A stretch of DNA of 63,985 bases, filler included, from Hyphochytrium catenoides (lineage: Eukaryota > Protista > Hyphochytriomycota): the NCBI GenBank assembly GCA_900088475.1. It is 12 parts of 12 records of this genome, joined end to end, with 100 filler letters (N's around TTAATTAATTAA, not from the genome) between each part and the next. Parts side by side here need not be neighbours in the genome. Positions count along the whole stretch, not along the records: positions 1 to 17,823 come from FLMG01000049.1; 11 more parts are not named here. One strand, 5' to 3'. The translations under genes and the position numbers were made by a program. Shown in pieces: positions 1-13,070 of this stretch. Position 1 is the first letter of the stretch. Each line of letters opens with the position of its first letter. The notes under the pieces were generated by a model that worked only from the letters and a program-made list of their open reading frames with translations, made no database searches and was not told the DNA's origin.

Positions 1-47
1 GAGAGAGAGAGAGAGAGAGAAAGATTGCTCCGGTCCTTCTCCCTTAC

Positions 48-322
48 CGGGACCAAAGATCCTGTACATGACGGGGGTGGAGAAACCGAAGAGATAAATG
101 AAGGCGAGGCGCCAGCTGCGGCGGAGACAGCGCCAGAGTGTGGGCTCGGCGCCGATCTCTCTCGCGAGTTCGTCCATGTAAGGAGCATAATCCACCTGGA
201 TCGTGTGCCGCGGAGACGGAACATACCGCTTCAGGATCTGCGCTCTCTGTCTCTCGATCTGTTTCTCCATCGCCTGGAGGGAAAGGAAAATTCAGATGAG
301 ATGGGAAGAAAAGAGAGAGAGA

Positions 323-370
<48 letters not shown>

Positions 371-1645
371 AGAGGAGTCAGCAAGAAAAGACCTAATGAG
401 TATGGAAAAATTATAAATAACGTGAGATGATGGCTCTGTGCTTAGAGCCAAATAGCAGAAAGAAATGAACATGACCAAGACAGAGACAGAGACAGAGAGA
501 GACAGAGAGAAAGAGAGAGAGAGAGAGAGCAAGAGAGTGTCACCTGAGGAGAGGGAAGAGAGGCTTTCCCAGTGATCACTCTTGCGATCCAGCGGCACTG
601 CATCTCTGAGATGGGCATCACGGCCCCGAGAGGCTGAAAGAAGCCCACGAACATTAAAGAAGGAGAATGAGGAGGGAAGATATGCCGGTACAAATGCAGC
701 TCGTTGTTGTCCGCTGAGCAGAGAGAGAGAGAGAGAGAGAGANNNNNNNNNNNNNNNNNNNNNNNNNNNNNNNNNNAGGTGGGGGAGGGAGGAGAGGGAG
801 AGAGAGACACACACAGACACAGAGAGGGAGTCAGAGAGAAGAGGTGGTCAGAACGTGAGAGATAGCAAAAGAGAGGAAAGAGAGGGATCGAAGTAAGCCA
901 CAGAGTTTAGGATAGAGATTTTTTTGCGCTCTATCATTCAGCGATGCGTGAAAGAGAGGGAGAGAGAAAACATCCGTAGAGAGAGAGAGAAGAGAGACAG
1001 AGAGAAATGCAACCATCTGGAAGAGAGAGTGATAGAGATGTGCGGAAATAGAAGAAAGGACTCCAAGGTATGGCTCAGATCAGAAGAAGAGACCAACATC
1101 GCGCATGGCAAACATGAGTCAGAGAAAGAAAGGAGGAGCGAGAGAGAGAGAGAGAGACTGTGGAGCACACCTGTTACCAAAGATCTATCCAGATAGGGAA
1201 AATCAATCTTATATCCGGTTGCTTTTATCAGTATGTCACAAGGAACTTCACTGTGTGGTGGTTATGAGAGAGAGACAGAGAGAGAGAGAGACGAAAAAGG
1301 GGAGAGAAAAGGGAAGTGAGCGATAGGGAAGCAGACAGAGAGGGAGGGCAATCGAGAGACAGAGAGGGAGGCAGAGAATACTTTGGGAATGCCTTGAAAG
1401 AGTACAAGCAAAGACAGGATGGAAGAGAGGAAAACAGGAGAGAGAGCGAAAGAGAAAGAATAAGAGAGAGAGCAAGAGCAACCAAACCACTAATGGTGAA
1501 GGGATTCTAATAGCCCAAGGGGAAGGACGAGAGGAAGAGCGGGCTAATAGAGGGAGAGAGACTAGGAAAGGCTCTGTGTCTCTCCCACCTGCCGTCCTCG
1601 AACACGACGGAGTGGCTCTTGATCTCTTTNNNNNNNNNNNNNNNN

Positions 1646-1683
<38 letters not shown>

Positions 1684-1874
1684 GAATAAGAGAGAGAGAG
1701 AAAGAGAGATGGAACAAAGATGAGAAGAGCGTTAGAAAGGAACTGTAGAGAGGATAGGAAAGGGTTGAAAGTTGATAAAAAAGGGGAAACGCAAGGAAAC
1801 GAACCTAAAGAAACAGAAGTTGAAAGGAAGCTAACAGGAGCGTGTGAGCCTGATAAAAGGAAGGCGAGAAAAGG

Positions 1875-1917
<43 letters not shown>

Positions 1918-3676
1918 GAAGTTAAGAGAGCGTCAAGAAGCAGCGGGGCAAGGACAGAAACTTCGCGACAGGCGAGCTGACTGCATGGGTTAAGTTAAAA
2001 ACGCGATAATGTTAGGGACCGCAGGAAGGCGAGGAGATGGAAGAGAGAGACAGCAACAGAGACAGAGAGAGAAGACGAAAGGGACCAAAGAGAGAGAGAG
2101 AGATTGTCATTGTGCTCTGACCAGGAAATGATGCTTGGGATGGAGATTAAATTTGTTTATGTCTCCCTGGGTCACCTTCATCATGAGCTCAAATATTTTT
2201 GCCTAATGAAGAGAGACGGAGGGAGAGAGTTAGAAGGGATGGAGACACCATTTAAGGAAGAGGAAAGGCTTAGGGTTAAGGCCAAAGCGAAAGAGAAAAA
2301 GAGAGGGAGAAAGAGAGAAACAGCTAGGGACAGGAAGGAGGAAGAATGCGTAGAGGAAGGGAATAACGGATACACGGGAGAGAAGAGAGAGAGAGAGAGA
2401 GAGAAAGNNNNNNNNNNNNNNNNNNNNNNNNNNNCCAGGGCGCGGATGTTGAGTTGGTCCAATGGGATGCCGAACAGCGGATACCTGCCACACAGAGGAG
2501 TGGCAGACAGGAAGAAGAAACATCACCAAACGAAGGGAGAGAACAATGACGTCGGAGTTATCTCGAGACAGAGAAGAGAGAGAGAGAGAGAGAGACGAGA
2601 GAAGGCTATACCTGCTCAGTATCCATGATCCTCTCCTGGTACTCTCATAGACCATCCCGGCCACGCGGCTCAGCTCGACGGCCAGGTCCACAGCGCTATT
2701 ACCTGAGAGAATCAAGTGAGAGAGATGCCTTCCAACCCAAACCTGATGTGGAGAGAGAGACGCCAGAGAGAGACAGGGAGAGACAGAGACAGAGATAGAG
2801 AGCGAAGTTGGGGTAGATTGAGACAGAGAGACAGAGGGAGAAAGACAGAGGCGAACAGACAGGAGGAGAGAGACAAACAGACAGAAAGAGAGAGACAGAC
2901 AGACAGACAGCAGAGAGACAGACACAGACATGCAGAGGGAGAGGGATACAGAGAGAGAGAGAGAGAGAGANNNNNNNNNNNNNNNNNNNNNNNNNNNNNN
3001 NNNNNNNNNNNNNNNNNNNNNNNNNNNNNNNNNNNNNNNNNNNNNNNNNNNNNNNNNNNNNNNNNNNGAAAGGAGAGAGAGGTGGGAGAGACCCCCGTAG
3101 CTGTCTCACCAATTCCAATGATGGTCACATTCTTTCCGGTGCAGTCGGCTGGCTCTGTAGGCGACTTATAGGCGTGAGAATGGAACTTCTCTCCCTTGAA
3201 TGTCTCTTCTCCCGGGAAGGAGGGAGAGGAAGGAGTAGAGTGATGCCCCGTGGCGACCAAGACATAGTCGAAGAGAGAAGTGTTCTCTCTCTCCTGTTTG
3301 CCTCCTTTCTTGCCGTTCGTCCTCTCTCTCTCTCCATTCTTTTTCACTCTCTCCGTCGTAATCTTCCACTTTCCCTCTGAAGTCTTCTCTACCCTCTGAA
3401 CCTTGGTCTGGAATTGAATGGAAGAGAGAAGATCGAAATGCTCGGCGTAGGACCGTAGGTCTACAAGAGAGAGAGAAAAGACCGAGAGAGAAAGAGAGAG
3501 AGAGGGAGAAGGAACGAGACAAAAATTAGGAAGAGGGAGAGGGATGGGTTTGTGGGTAATGACGAGAGAAAGAACCATGAGCGAGAGTCAAAGAGAGAAA
3601 TAGAATGAGGCGGTCAGTGAGAACAGAGTGAGAGAAAGAGAGTCAGGGACATCAGTGGACAGTCAGTGANNNNNNN

Positions 3677-3715
<39 letters not shown>

Positions 3716-4609
3716 ACCAGAAGAATTGAGACAAAGAGAGTCAATGAGAAATAGAGAAGGTAATTGTGAGGAGAGAATGAGAGAGTGAGATGCATCAGAG
3801 GGCTGGCTTACAATGATAAACCCTAGAGTTATGCATGAAAGTAGCTTCCTGGGCAGAGATCTAAAGGGCCGTGAACCAAGAAGAAAGACAGAGGGAGGAG
3901 GAAGTGAGAGGGCGAGGGAGAACAAAGAAGAGAGTGAGAGACGGAGAGAGAGACAGAGAGAGAGAGACACACAGAAAGACAGACAGAGAGACAGGGAGAG
4001 AAAGAGAAAGAGGAAGCGCAGGGGGTCGAGATGGCTTGAGCGAGAGGGGACGGCACACACAGAGAGAGACAGAGACAGAGAGAGTCAGAGACAGAGAGAA
4101 GAGAGAGAGGGAGAGAGAGAGAGCTACAGAGGCCCCGACGGAGAAGCGCTTTCTTTCTTACAGGATAGTCAGAGAAGCACATCATCTCCTTGCTCGTGTT
4201 GATCACCGTTGAGCGGTACACTGAGATGCGGAAGGGGAGGGGAGGACGGGAGAGAGAGATAGCGTGAGTGAGAGAAACAGAGAGAGAGGAAACCAGAGAG
4301 GAGAGAGAGGAAATCAGAGAGAAGAGAAACAGAGAGAGGAATATAGCGAAAAACATAGAAAGAAATAGAAAGAGAGAGTGAGCCAGAGAAAGAGAGGGAG
4401 TCAAAGAGAGAGAGAGAGAGAGATTAGCTTCCCCTCTCCCTACCCGAGCTGTGTCCCTCAGTGGGAGAGAACTTCCACAGTCCTCCAACATCATCGCTGA
4501 ACTCGAAGCAGACAATCTCTCTCACTCCCTCGTCTCGAAGACACTTTATCGCCGATAGACCGCTGGCACCGGCGCCGATCACCGCCACTCGGGGACCGAG
4601 AGGAGTCAT
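48..4609 (-). CDS. FMO: Flavin-containing monooxygenase (FMO family), multi-exon; 3' end lies beyond the window start
   Basis: GT-AG exons read by hand. 4444-4609 [22 protein letters not shown] (FAD GxGxxG); 4162-4220 [20 protein letters not shown]; 3812-3860 FMHNS; 3110-3460 [20 protein letters not shown] (FMO motif FxGxxxHxxxY)..IIGIG; 2612-2702 [12 protein letters not shown] (NADPH site); ~2436-2484; ~2122-2200; ~1589-1630 VVFEDG; ~1161-1250 [11 protein letters not shown]; ~544-713 [16 protein letters not shown]; 48-273 RHTIQVDY. Confidence 0.95.
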
Positions 4610-5385
4610 ATTATGAGAGAGAGAGAGTGTGAGAGAGAGAGAGTGAGAGAGAGAGAGAGCGTTCGGACTTCCGGTCGACTCTTTCTCAGAGAACGAGCGA
4701 GAGAGAGAGAGTTGCGAAGTGCCAGCTAAGGACCCGATTATCGGGGGAAGCGGGACAGGACCAGAGAGGAAAAGAGAGTGCGGCTCTTGGGAACGTTGCT
4801 CCACCGTCCTCGAGAAGCCAGTCAAGTGTGACCGATGGAGAAGGGGAAAGGGGAGCAGGGTGGGAAGGGAGCAGAGGAAAGATGGAGAGGGCGAGAGAAG
4901 AGAGAGNNNNNNNNNNNNNNNNNNNNNNNNNNNNNNNAGAGGGAGGGAGAGAGAGAGACACACAGAGAGAGAGTGAAAGAGAGACAGAGAGCAATGTACT
5001 TTTTGCCTGTCCACAATATTGGGCACGGCAGCATCTATCAGTACGTTCCGACGGGGCGACAACTATTGGGAGAATTCTGGTTGGGATAGCACTCAAAACA
5101 CCCTCCAGGGCTCATAGAATGGAATGCAGCTACTCCACAGGGAGTGGTTACTGTGGGAACTAGAGAAAAGCGCTTATCTCTGGTTCTCATGACTGCCCCA
5201 GAGAAAAGCTTGTCAGATGATGGAACACAGCGACCTTCGTGTTGCTCTTGGCGGCAGCCGTGAGCTCAACAGGAGCTGAAGTTAGTTGGAGAGAGAGAGA
5301 GAGAAGAAAGGTGCATGGGCAGGGGCGGAAGAGAGAAGGGTGAGGGAGATGAGAAGGAGAGAGTAATTGTTATGTTTAGGTGTGC

Positions 5386-5446
<61 letters not shown>

Positions 5447-5845
5447 CCATCCCGGTCAAACTCTAGATCGACTTAAGGAGCCATGATGGTGAAGGTGAAG
5501 AGGTGAGGCCTAAGGAAGCAAATGGACTGCTGCACCTCATCCATTTGTCTTCGTCTCTCTCCATTCCTCTGTCTTACTTCCATCCGGTCGTGGAGCGAGG
5601 CACCACCCTCACACTGACATCAACGGACATGCAAGATCATCACGGGCTCTTTTTCTCTTTTATTATGAATAGGTACTTTCACGAGTCACTACTGCCTACT
5701 GTCTACGGGGGGAAAAGCTTAGCTACAAAGAAAGATAAGAAGAGAGAGAGAGAGGGAAAACGAGCGTGAGAAGAGAGAAGTGAGACCTTCCTCTCCTCTC
5801 TTCCTCGCCATCCCGTCTGCTGAGGAGCTTCGTCCCTGTTATTTC

Positions 5846-7159
5846 TTACATGTCCATCATCTCGTTGAGCACGAGCTGAATGTTGCCTTGATGCTTGTTA
5901 AGGAGCAGAACCACCAGTTCCTTGGGAGCCTCAGGGAAGACTTCTCTGACATAGAGATACTCAGTGTTCCACTCCGATACCTCCTCCTCTCTTGAGGTTT
6001 CTTCTTCCTCTTCCTCCTCGGAGGAGACAGAGCGAACCTCCTCCTGCTGAGGAATCACCCATTCATCCTCCTTGTTCTCCACAGGAGGAGAAGGAACTGG
6101 AGCTGCTTCCTGCTCTTTCTCTTCCTTTGGTGCCTCAGTTGGCGCGGGAGCAGGAGCGGGAGAGACAGAGGTAGCTGGGTACTCTGTGATAGCCAGCTGC
6201 TTGATCTCCTCTCTCATTCTGTTGAGATCCTCGCTGATCTTCTTCATGAACTGCTGGAGCTCTTGCTGTACACGAGAGAGCGTCTCCTGCGCCTTGGCCT
6301 TCACCTCGGCGTTATTTAGCTTCTTGATCTCCTCTTGTGCCTTCTTCACTTGCTCAAGGACAAAATCAGAGCCCTCAGCGATGTAAGGAGAGAGGATAAC
6401 CGCCGTTTTCTCTGCTCCTTCCTTCACCTTCTCTCCAGTAAAGATGGCGCCTTCCTTGACCTTCTCTCCCGTGTAGATAGCGCCTTCCTTGACCTTAGCA
6501 GGCCACTCCTCTACCTTTGCATCCTCTACCGCCTTAGCAACCTTTGCGGGCCATTCCTCGACCTTCGCCTCCTCCACAGCCTTAGCAACCTTGGCAGGCC
6601 ATTCCTCGACCTTGGCCTCCTCTACAGCCTTGGCCACCTTGGCAGGCCATTCCTCGACCTTAGCGCTCTCAACAGCCTTGACAACAGACTCGGAGATGTA
6701 AAGAGAGAACTGCTCCATCTTCTCCAGAATGGGCTCGGCGTGCTCCTGGAAGGAGACCACAGCGGCATCTCCAGTGATGGAAGCGGTGTCTCTCTCTTCA
6801 GCCTGTTGCTCAACAGCTTCCTGCACCTCCTCAAGAACAACAGAAGTCTCCTGGACGATGACTTCCTCTTCCTTGTTCGCCTCTGGCGTACCAACGGCGC
6901 CTTCTTCTACAATGAACTTCAAGCTCTTCATGCCCTCGGCGATGAAGACACTGACGCACTCAGCGAGCTCTCCCTCTGACTTGATGGTGATCAGATCTCC
7001 CTCATTGTCCAGGTACTTCAACACCGGCTCACCCTTTACACTTGGAAAGGTGGCCGTGACCAAGTTTCTCAGCTGAGAGAGGCTGAACGTGTTCAGATTG
7101 ACTCTGACTCGCCTCAGCTCATCGCCAAAGGCAAGCTTGATTGCGGAGGGAGCGGCCAT
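5846..7159 (-). CDS. PB1-domain protein with central tandem repeats and C-terminal UBA/CUE-like domain (p62/NBR1-like receptor)
   Basis: Intronless 437-aa ORF. N-terminal PB1 has both the basic Lys (IKLAFGDELRR) and the OPCA motif (YLDNEGDLITI). The C-terminus VSEWNTEYLYVREVFPEAPKELVVLLLNKHQGNIQLVLNEM resembles NBR1-type UBA/CUE domains. Confidence 0.85.
   Translation of the reverse strand: MAAPSAIKLAFGDELRRVRVNLNTFSLSQLRNLVTATFPSVKGEPVLKYLDNEGDLITIKSEGELAECVSVFIAEGMKSLKFIVEEGAVGTPEANKEEEVIVQETSVVLEEVQEAVEQQAEERDTASITGDAAVVSFQEHAEPILEKMEQFSLYISESVVKAVESAKVEEWPAKVAKAVEEAKVEEWPAKVAKAVEEAKVEEWPAKVAKAVEDAKVEEWPAKVKEGAIYTGEKVKEGAIFTGEKVKEGAEKTAVILSPYIAEGSDFVLEQVKKAQEEIKKLNNAEVKAKAQETLSRVQQELQQFMKKISEDLNRMREEIKQLAITEYPATSVSPAPAPAPTEAPKEEKEQEAAPVPSPPVENKEDEWVIPQQEEVRSVSSEEEEEEETSREEEVSEWNTEYLYVREVFPEAPKELVVLLLNKHQGNIQLVLNEMMDM
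6415..6670 (-). repeat. Coding tandem repeats: about 4x 45 nt (AKVEEWPAKVAKAVE) and about 3x 33 nt (KVKEGAI[Y/F]TGE)
   Basis: Directly visible in the DNA and the translation. Confidence 0.9.
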
Positions 7160-7398
7160 TACTCTTGATAAGGGAATTTAGAGACGGACAAGTGACGCAG
7201 ATAAAAGTCTAGGCGGTACAACGAGCAAAGCTGCAGAAAGCGTCTGGAAATCTCTGTCTGATCTTCTGTATGTCGTGTCAGTTCTCAACTGCCTAACTTT
7301 CTCATCAGGCGGGCCGGCGGGGGTGGGGCGGGAGAGAGGCTGGATGTGGGGAACAGAGGAGTACAAGAGAGGCGTGAGACACAGGGGATGTGAGAAAG

Positions 7399-7430
<32 letters not shown>

Positions 7431-9587
7431 TAGAGGGAGGGAGAGAAGGAGAGAGAAGAGAGAGGAGAGCTCTGCAGAGAGAGAGAGAGAATCTACTGAG
7501 GTCAAGAGAGGGAGAGAGAGAGAGAGAGTGAGGCAGAGACACAGCGTGACCAGAGAGAAGAGGTGTGATGCAGCAATGTGGGGAATATCGAGCCAGAGTG
7601 AGAGAGGGAGCGGGGGAGAGAGACATGCGAAGAGATAAATCCACCTGTCAGCACACAAGGCAGGCTTTATTCCCTCCTCAGGACGGGTGGACACACTTCT
7701 GGCTCCTCCCTCAGCCGCTCTGTGTAACTCGATAGGCCTAGGTCCTACCCACCCTCCGACTTCTGTCTCGCTCCATCTCCTTCCTTCTCCTTCCTCTGCT
7801 TCTCTACTCTCTCTCTTTCCCTCCCTCTCCCCTTCCTGGCCCTTCCTCTGTCTTTCTTATTGGAACCACGGAGCAAAGACACGTGACAGACCCAAGCAAG
7901 TTGACAGTTAAATAAACGCCACTTTAATCATGGAGCTGGTACAAGCGGGAAGAAGCGTGGGGTCAACCAGTGTAAGTGGCTTTGAGTCTGACAAAGAAGT
8001 ATTTTGCTTTGATTCCAAGAACCAAAAGGGCTTTCAGAGACTCTGTCGGTTGACAGGTGCGGTATAACACACAGAACAAAGAACTTTCCGGACTGACCCT
8101 CCAGGCCAGGTGCTAGCAGATCTGACCTGAGCCGGGATATGGCATCGACCCTTGAAAGGGAGAGTTAGACCTCCAGAGAATCTGAGAAACTCCCACTTCA
8201 CATTTCTTGTCAGGGACGGGTGGTCACATGTAGTCATAGGCGGGTGGGTCATCTTATTGACAAAGAGACGAAAGACATTTTGAGAGTGTTTTTGTAAGCT
8301 GCGTAGTTCCTTTCATAAAGCCTTTGTTTTCGTTCCCTCCATCTGCGGACTGAAAAGGGGAATTATATTTACCCTTCAAGACTAGAAGGTCTATTTTTTC
8401 ATAAATAAATACTAAAAATACAATTTTCAAGGGAGTCCAATAGTGGAGGAGGGGAGTGGGCCAATGGTTCCTTTTAGAACTCTGTACCAATTACCAAACC
8501 AATTTTACATTCTTTATACCTCGGTGCCAGGATTTATTGTTTAGTGTTACAAAAAGAATGTCTACCTATGCACTTCAAAACTTTAGCTTTATAATAACCC
8601 ATTAAACTTGATTGGTCTGATCATCGCTCTGCGGTTATCTACAGGTGGTTACTGCACATCTTCATCTAGGTTGGGTGTTCCCCATTCCCTCCTCCGGAGA
8701 CAGGTGACCACCCTTTCTAGTCACTGAGGTTCTAGCCCCGGTAACCCCAGGAGGAAGACACAGCCAGCCAGGTTTCATGGTTAGATTCCATATCCCCATA
8801 CCTCGCCACATGGGGGTCAGTGGCTCCCCGCCCCTCCGCTCGACGCGCGGCGCCCTCCCGCTCTGTCTCTCATGTTTTAGCACCAGAGAACCACCTGACG
8901 GAGAATCAGAGAAAAATCTTTCCTGTCCCCGCTGCTGGTCATCGCGTTTGAACTGATGATTGAAGCCGTAGAGACTCTGGTCATCTGCCTGCCGATGATG
9001 GCTCATGACGCTTCTCCTCCTCATCCTTGTTAGCCCTTACTATCACCTTTAGGAGAGTGCCTCGAGCGTTAGTTCCAGTGGCATTGCAACCGACCCGTAG
9101 GGCCCGCGACTGAGGAGAAGGAAGGAGAGCAGGGAGACGGGTGTAGGATTGTCCGGAGGACCGTCGTGATCTTTAATAACCAAGGAAGGGTTTTTATCAT
9201 CCATTAAATGCTCTCATGTCCTCCTTGGAGCGGCGGTAGACGGCAGGGAAGGATTGGCAGGTACGGCGGTTCATCTTCGCCGTAGCGAACTTGTCGGGGC
9301 CCAATATTAAAGGCCACACGAAGCAAGAGAAGAAGAGCATCAAACAAAGAAAGAGAGATACCTATGAGAGGCTCACGCTGAGTCCTCAGCTTCTTCCTCT
9401 TAAGTCAATAACGGTACTCCTGGCGTCTCCTTCGGTACGCTAGAATGGCGCAACGTTCCACCTAACGCTGTGGGCACTACGGACCTTGTGGAAGGTGGAA
9501 GGGAGCCAAAGAGTGGTCACAGCTCTGTTCGCCCGGACTGCTGCTTGAACCAGCCAGACCGAGCCAGGAGAAGGTCCAAGAGGCAAG

Positions 9588-12564
9588 ATGATGGACGATC
9601 AGAGCCACTACCTAGACATGATGCAGCTGGACTATACCAAGCACTCGCCTTTCTGCAAGGTGGAGGGCTGTGACAGAAGACCGAAGCCCGTCAGTCTCCC
9701 TCTCTCCTCCTCAGCAACGAAATCCCTAGCATTGCTTCCCAGTTTTCATATTGCCCTCTTCATCCCGCTACTTTCTCCCCGCTTTTCCTGCTCAGGAGTT
9801 GCCTGTGACTCTTCTTCTGTTAGCTCTGCATGTACCTGGATAGCCGTGAGCTTGCCGCTGAATTCTCCGCTTTCACCCTCTGTCAATCAGCCTTATCCTA
9901 TTGCTCTTCCTCTTCTTTGGCGAGACCGCTTTCTTTAGTTATGTTAGTCTGTTCCTGAGGCTACAAGCACTCTCTTGGGCTTTCGATCTGTCTTCTGTCT
10001 AGCCTCCTTTCGGCTGGCTCCTCATTAAGACCTCTCCGTCACTTCCAGGGCAGCTCAGCCTGCGAGGAGCACGCCTCTCCCCATCCCATTCTCACTGCTG
10101 GACCGGAGGGAGACCCGGGATCTTTCGCAGCTCACCGGAGGTGTGCGATGCAGGACTGCGACGGGGCAGCGAACGCGTCAGGATACTGTCTGAGGCATGG
10201 CCCCAGACCCATAGAAATGGTAAAAGAATTCGAAGGACACTGGTCCTTGCTTTATCTCTTGCTACCTTGTCTACTTAACCAACGTTCTGACTGTCTACTT
10301 CCTAACCTTGTGCTCCTGACCCCGAGACCTTATCGCTCTCTCTAGCTGTCGTTTCCCATCCCTGAAGATTGCTCCTTGCACTGTAGACCCTTCGGCGCAC
10401 CGCGACGCTGCCGTCTCTCTATCCCTATTTTAAGCCCTGTTCCTCTCTCTGAGCCTTCATCATCTGTCACGGAATCTCTCTGCACTTTCCAGCTTAAGAG
10501 CCACACTTGTTGGCACTCTCTGTCTTTTTTCGACTGCGAATATGTCTCCTCACGGCTTCCCTGCTTAGCGTTGTAGAGCAGACAACTGCTCCCGCCTGGC
10601 GGTCCGCTGGGGCTACTGCGCCTCGCACTCTCCAACCCGCCTGAAGGGCTGCACAGTGTTTTCCTGTGAGAAGCATGCCGTGAAGGGCGGACTATGTGTC
10701 GCTCACGGGGCCAAGGTCAGGAGATGCTCAGTCGAGGGCTGCGATAAACAGGCCAAACAAGGGGGTAAGAAGCCCTCTCATCTGTATATTCTTGGACTCT
10801 TTGTCGGGCTACTGCTTTATACCCATCCATCCTTCCGTCGTGGCCGAGATCTATGCTGCTCTCAGTCTCTATGGCTCCTTACCTCTATATCTCAAGCTGG
10901 TCTTCCACTCGCTCTTGCCTTTATTCCATATTACCTCGCGTCTCAACCAATTCTTTCTTATTTTGCTCCAGCTCTCTCCTTCCCATCGTTGCCTTCGGAA
11001 ATCTATTCTACGGAGATGTTTCCTGCTTCGCTTCTCCTGACGGTGTCACTTTTATCTGCCTCGGCGTGTGGCTTCATATTGCCTTTTCACCATTATTCTC
11101 AAGCTATTCCATCTGTCGTGCTGTCACAGATAAATCTCTAGCATACCTCCTTCCGCGCCCTCTCTTTCTCATGTCCGACTCAGCTTGAGTCACTCTTTCT
11201 CCCTCTCTCTCTTCACTACATTGACTTACCCCGGAATAACAGGCGTGTGTGTCTCTCACGGCGCCCGAGTGAAGCGCTGCCGCGTGGAAGGCTGCAATAA
11301 GAAGGCGCAGCAGGGAGGAGTGTGTAAGGCGCATGGCGCGAAGGTGAAAGTCAAGCGCTGTGGCGTGATTGGATGCGATAAGCACGCTCAGCAGGGAGGT
11401 GCGGCAGTTGATCCTTCCTCATTAGCTCCCGATACCCAAATATCCTTGTCTGAGACAGTATAAACTCTATGTGCCGTCAACTATGATAGCACGATAGCTG
11501 TGCGCACTGCCATTTCACCTTACTGACTTAAGCGCGATCTTATACTGAGCAAACGCTTGCTTTCGACTGACTCTGTTTCTACCCTTTGTCGACAAAGTTC
11601 CACTGACTACCACTTTCTCCACATCTCGCTTACCCTCTCTGCTTATTCGACGACACGGACCTTCAGGCTGTTGCAAGGCTCACGCAGCCCAGCTGACCCT
11701 GAAGAACTGCTGCATCGAGGCATGCGATGGCTATGTACTGAAGGCTGGCTTGTGTTCGATGCATTATGAGGTGAGAGCAATCCAAAAGGAGAGAGAAGGG
11801 GGTGAGAGGGTATGAGTTAGCCCCTCCTTGACGGCTCAGGCGGCTAGCAGCAGAGGGCAGGGCTTAGCAGAAGTGTTCGGACAGGGGGAAGAAAGAAAGG
11901 AGTGAGAGGACGGTCAGCGGCCAATTAACCTTATTCCGCTCTCTCACCGTGGCCCTATTTCTCACCGGGTTGGTGAATGCATCTCCTGGTAATGTCTCTG
12001 CAGAGCCAGCCGCGGGGCCGGAAGCCCTGTTCTGTGGAAGGCTGTACCAATAAAGCGCTACAAGGAGGGCTCTGTAAGGCTCATGGAGCAAAGGTAAGAA
12101 GAGCTTACTCCTTGTCTCTGCTCTCTTCCACACGCTCCAGCCCTTCCTTCCTAGGAGCACGTGCATCTCCTAACCTGCTTGAGTCCTTTGAGGCTGAAGT
12201 TCAACCCATGCCATTCAGAGACAACTCCCCCTTTATTCACCCGATGGTTTCTTCCTTCCGTTATTCGTATCCTCCTTTCGTGTTTTTATCGCAGGTCAAG
12301 ATCTACCGCTGTCGGGTGGAAGGGTGTGAGAAGTACGCGGTGCGAGCTGGTCTTTGTGTGGCGCACGGAGCAAAGACAGCGAAACTTGCGGAAACTCTTT
12401 TGGCTGAGCACATCCGCGCACAACAGGAGGAGGACGAAGAGCGAGAGAGGGAGGAAGAGGAAGCGCGAGAGACAGAAGAAGCTGAACTAGAGGACGGTGG
12501 AATGGTGGTCTCTGATGCTGCAGAAACTGCCTATGCTTTGGTTCAAGAAGCAATGGGAGTGTAA
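9588..12564 (+). CDS. WRKY19-like zinc-finger repeat protein (CxxxGCxKxAxxGGxCxxHG repeats), 7 exons
   Basis: Exons ~9588-9689, 10049-10219, 10570-10764, 11243-11398, 11667-11770, 12004-12093, 12295-12564 splice in frame (GT-AG). They give about 10 C-x4-C...C-xx-H repeats plus an acidic tail. Confidence 0.88.
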
Positions 12565-13070
12565 CCTGCTCGATGAGAAGAGGGTAGGGGAAAGGGGTTT
12601 GGGCATCCTTTTCCCTTCATGTCCATGGCTGACCCACTCAGTTAGATAGACTGCCACGTAAGCAGCATTATTTAGCCCTACAACTTGTGCTTTATTATGT
12701 ATACAGCAATTACAAACGAGCGACTTGTTATGTGCAACACTTCTTCTCAGCCCTGCTGTTTTCCTCGCACTGATGCCCCAGATTGATTGCTTCATTCGCC
12801 CTTAAGTCGAATTGTTCCCTCGCCTACCTCCTCCGCTGCTTGCCAATCTCTCTCTAAAACCATCACCGAAAAGAGACCTTCTTTGCCTGATTTAGCAGCT
12901 TCTGACGGTACGAGGGATCGGTCGTCACGGCAACAAGAGGGAAACGATCCAGGAAGGAAGTAACCACTTTTGATTGAGAAAATTCGACAAAACCGTGCTA
13001 ATAAATGATCGCCTAACGTGCTCCATTCCCTAGTTTTAGATGTTCTCCAGCAGCATTAGTTGCAGTTTCC

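Noticed and set aside
25-5163. Many long ORFs rich in SLSL or ERER (also 30.5-31.6 kb, 47-50 kb and 61-62.8 kb)
   Set aside because: Translations of (CT)n/(GA)n microsatellites, which lack stop codons.
7900-9240. Microsatellite-free block that may be a decayed mobile or viral ORF
   Set aside because: No recognisable motifs, terminal repeats or TSD in any frame.
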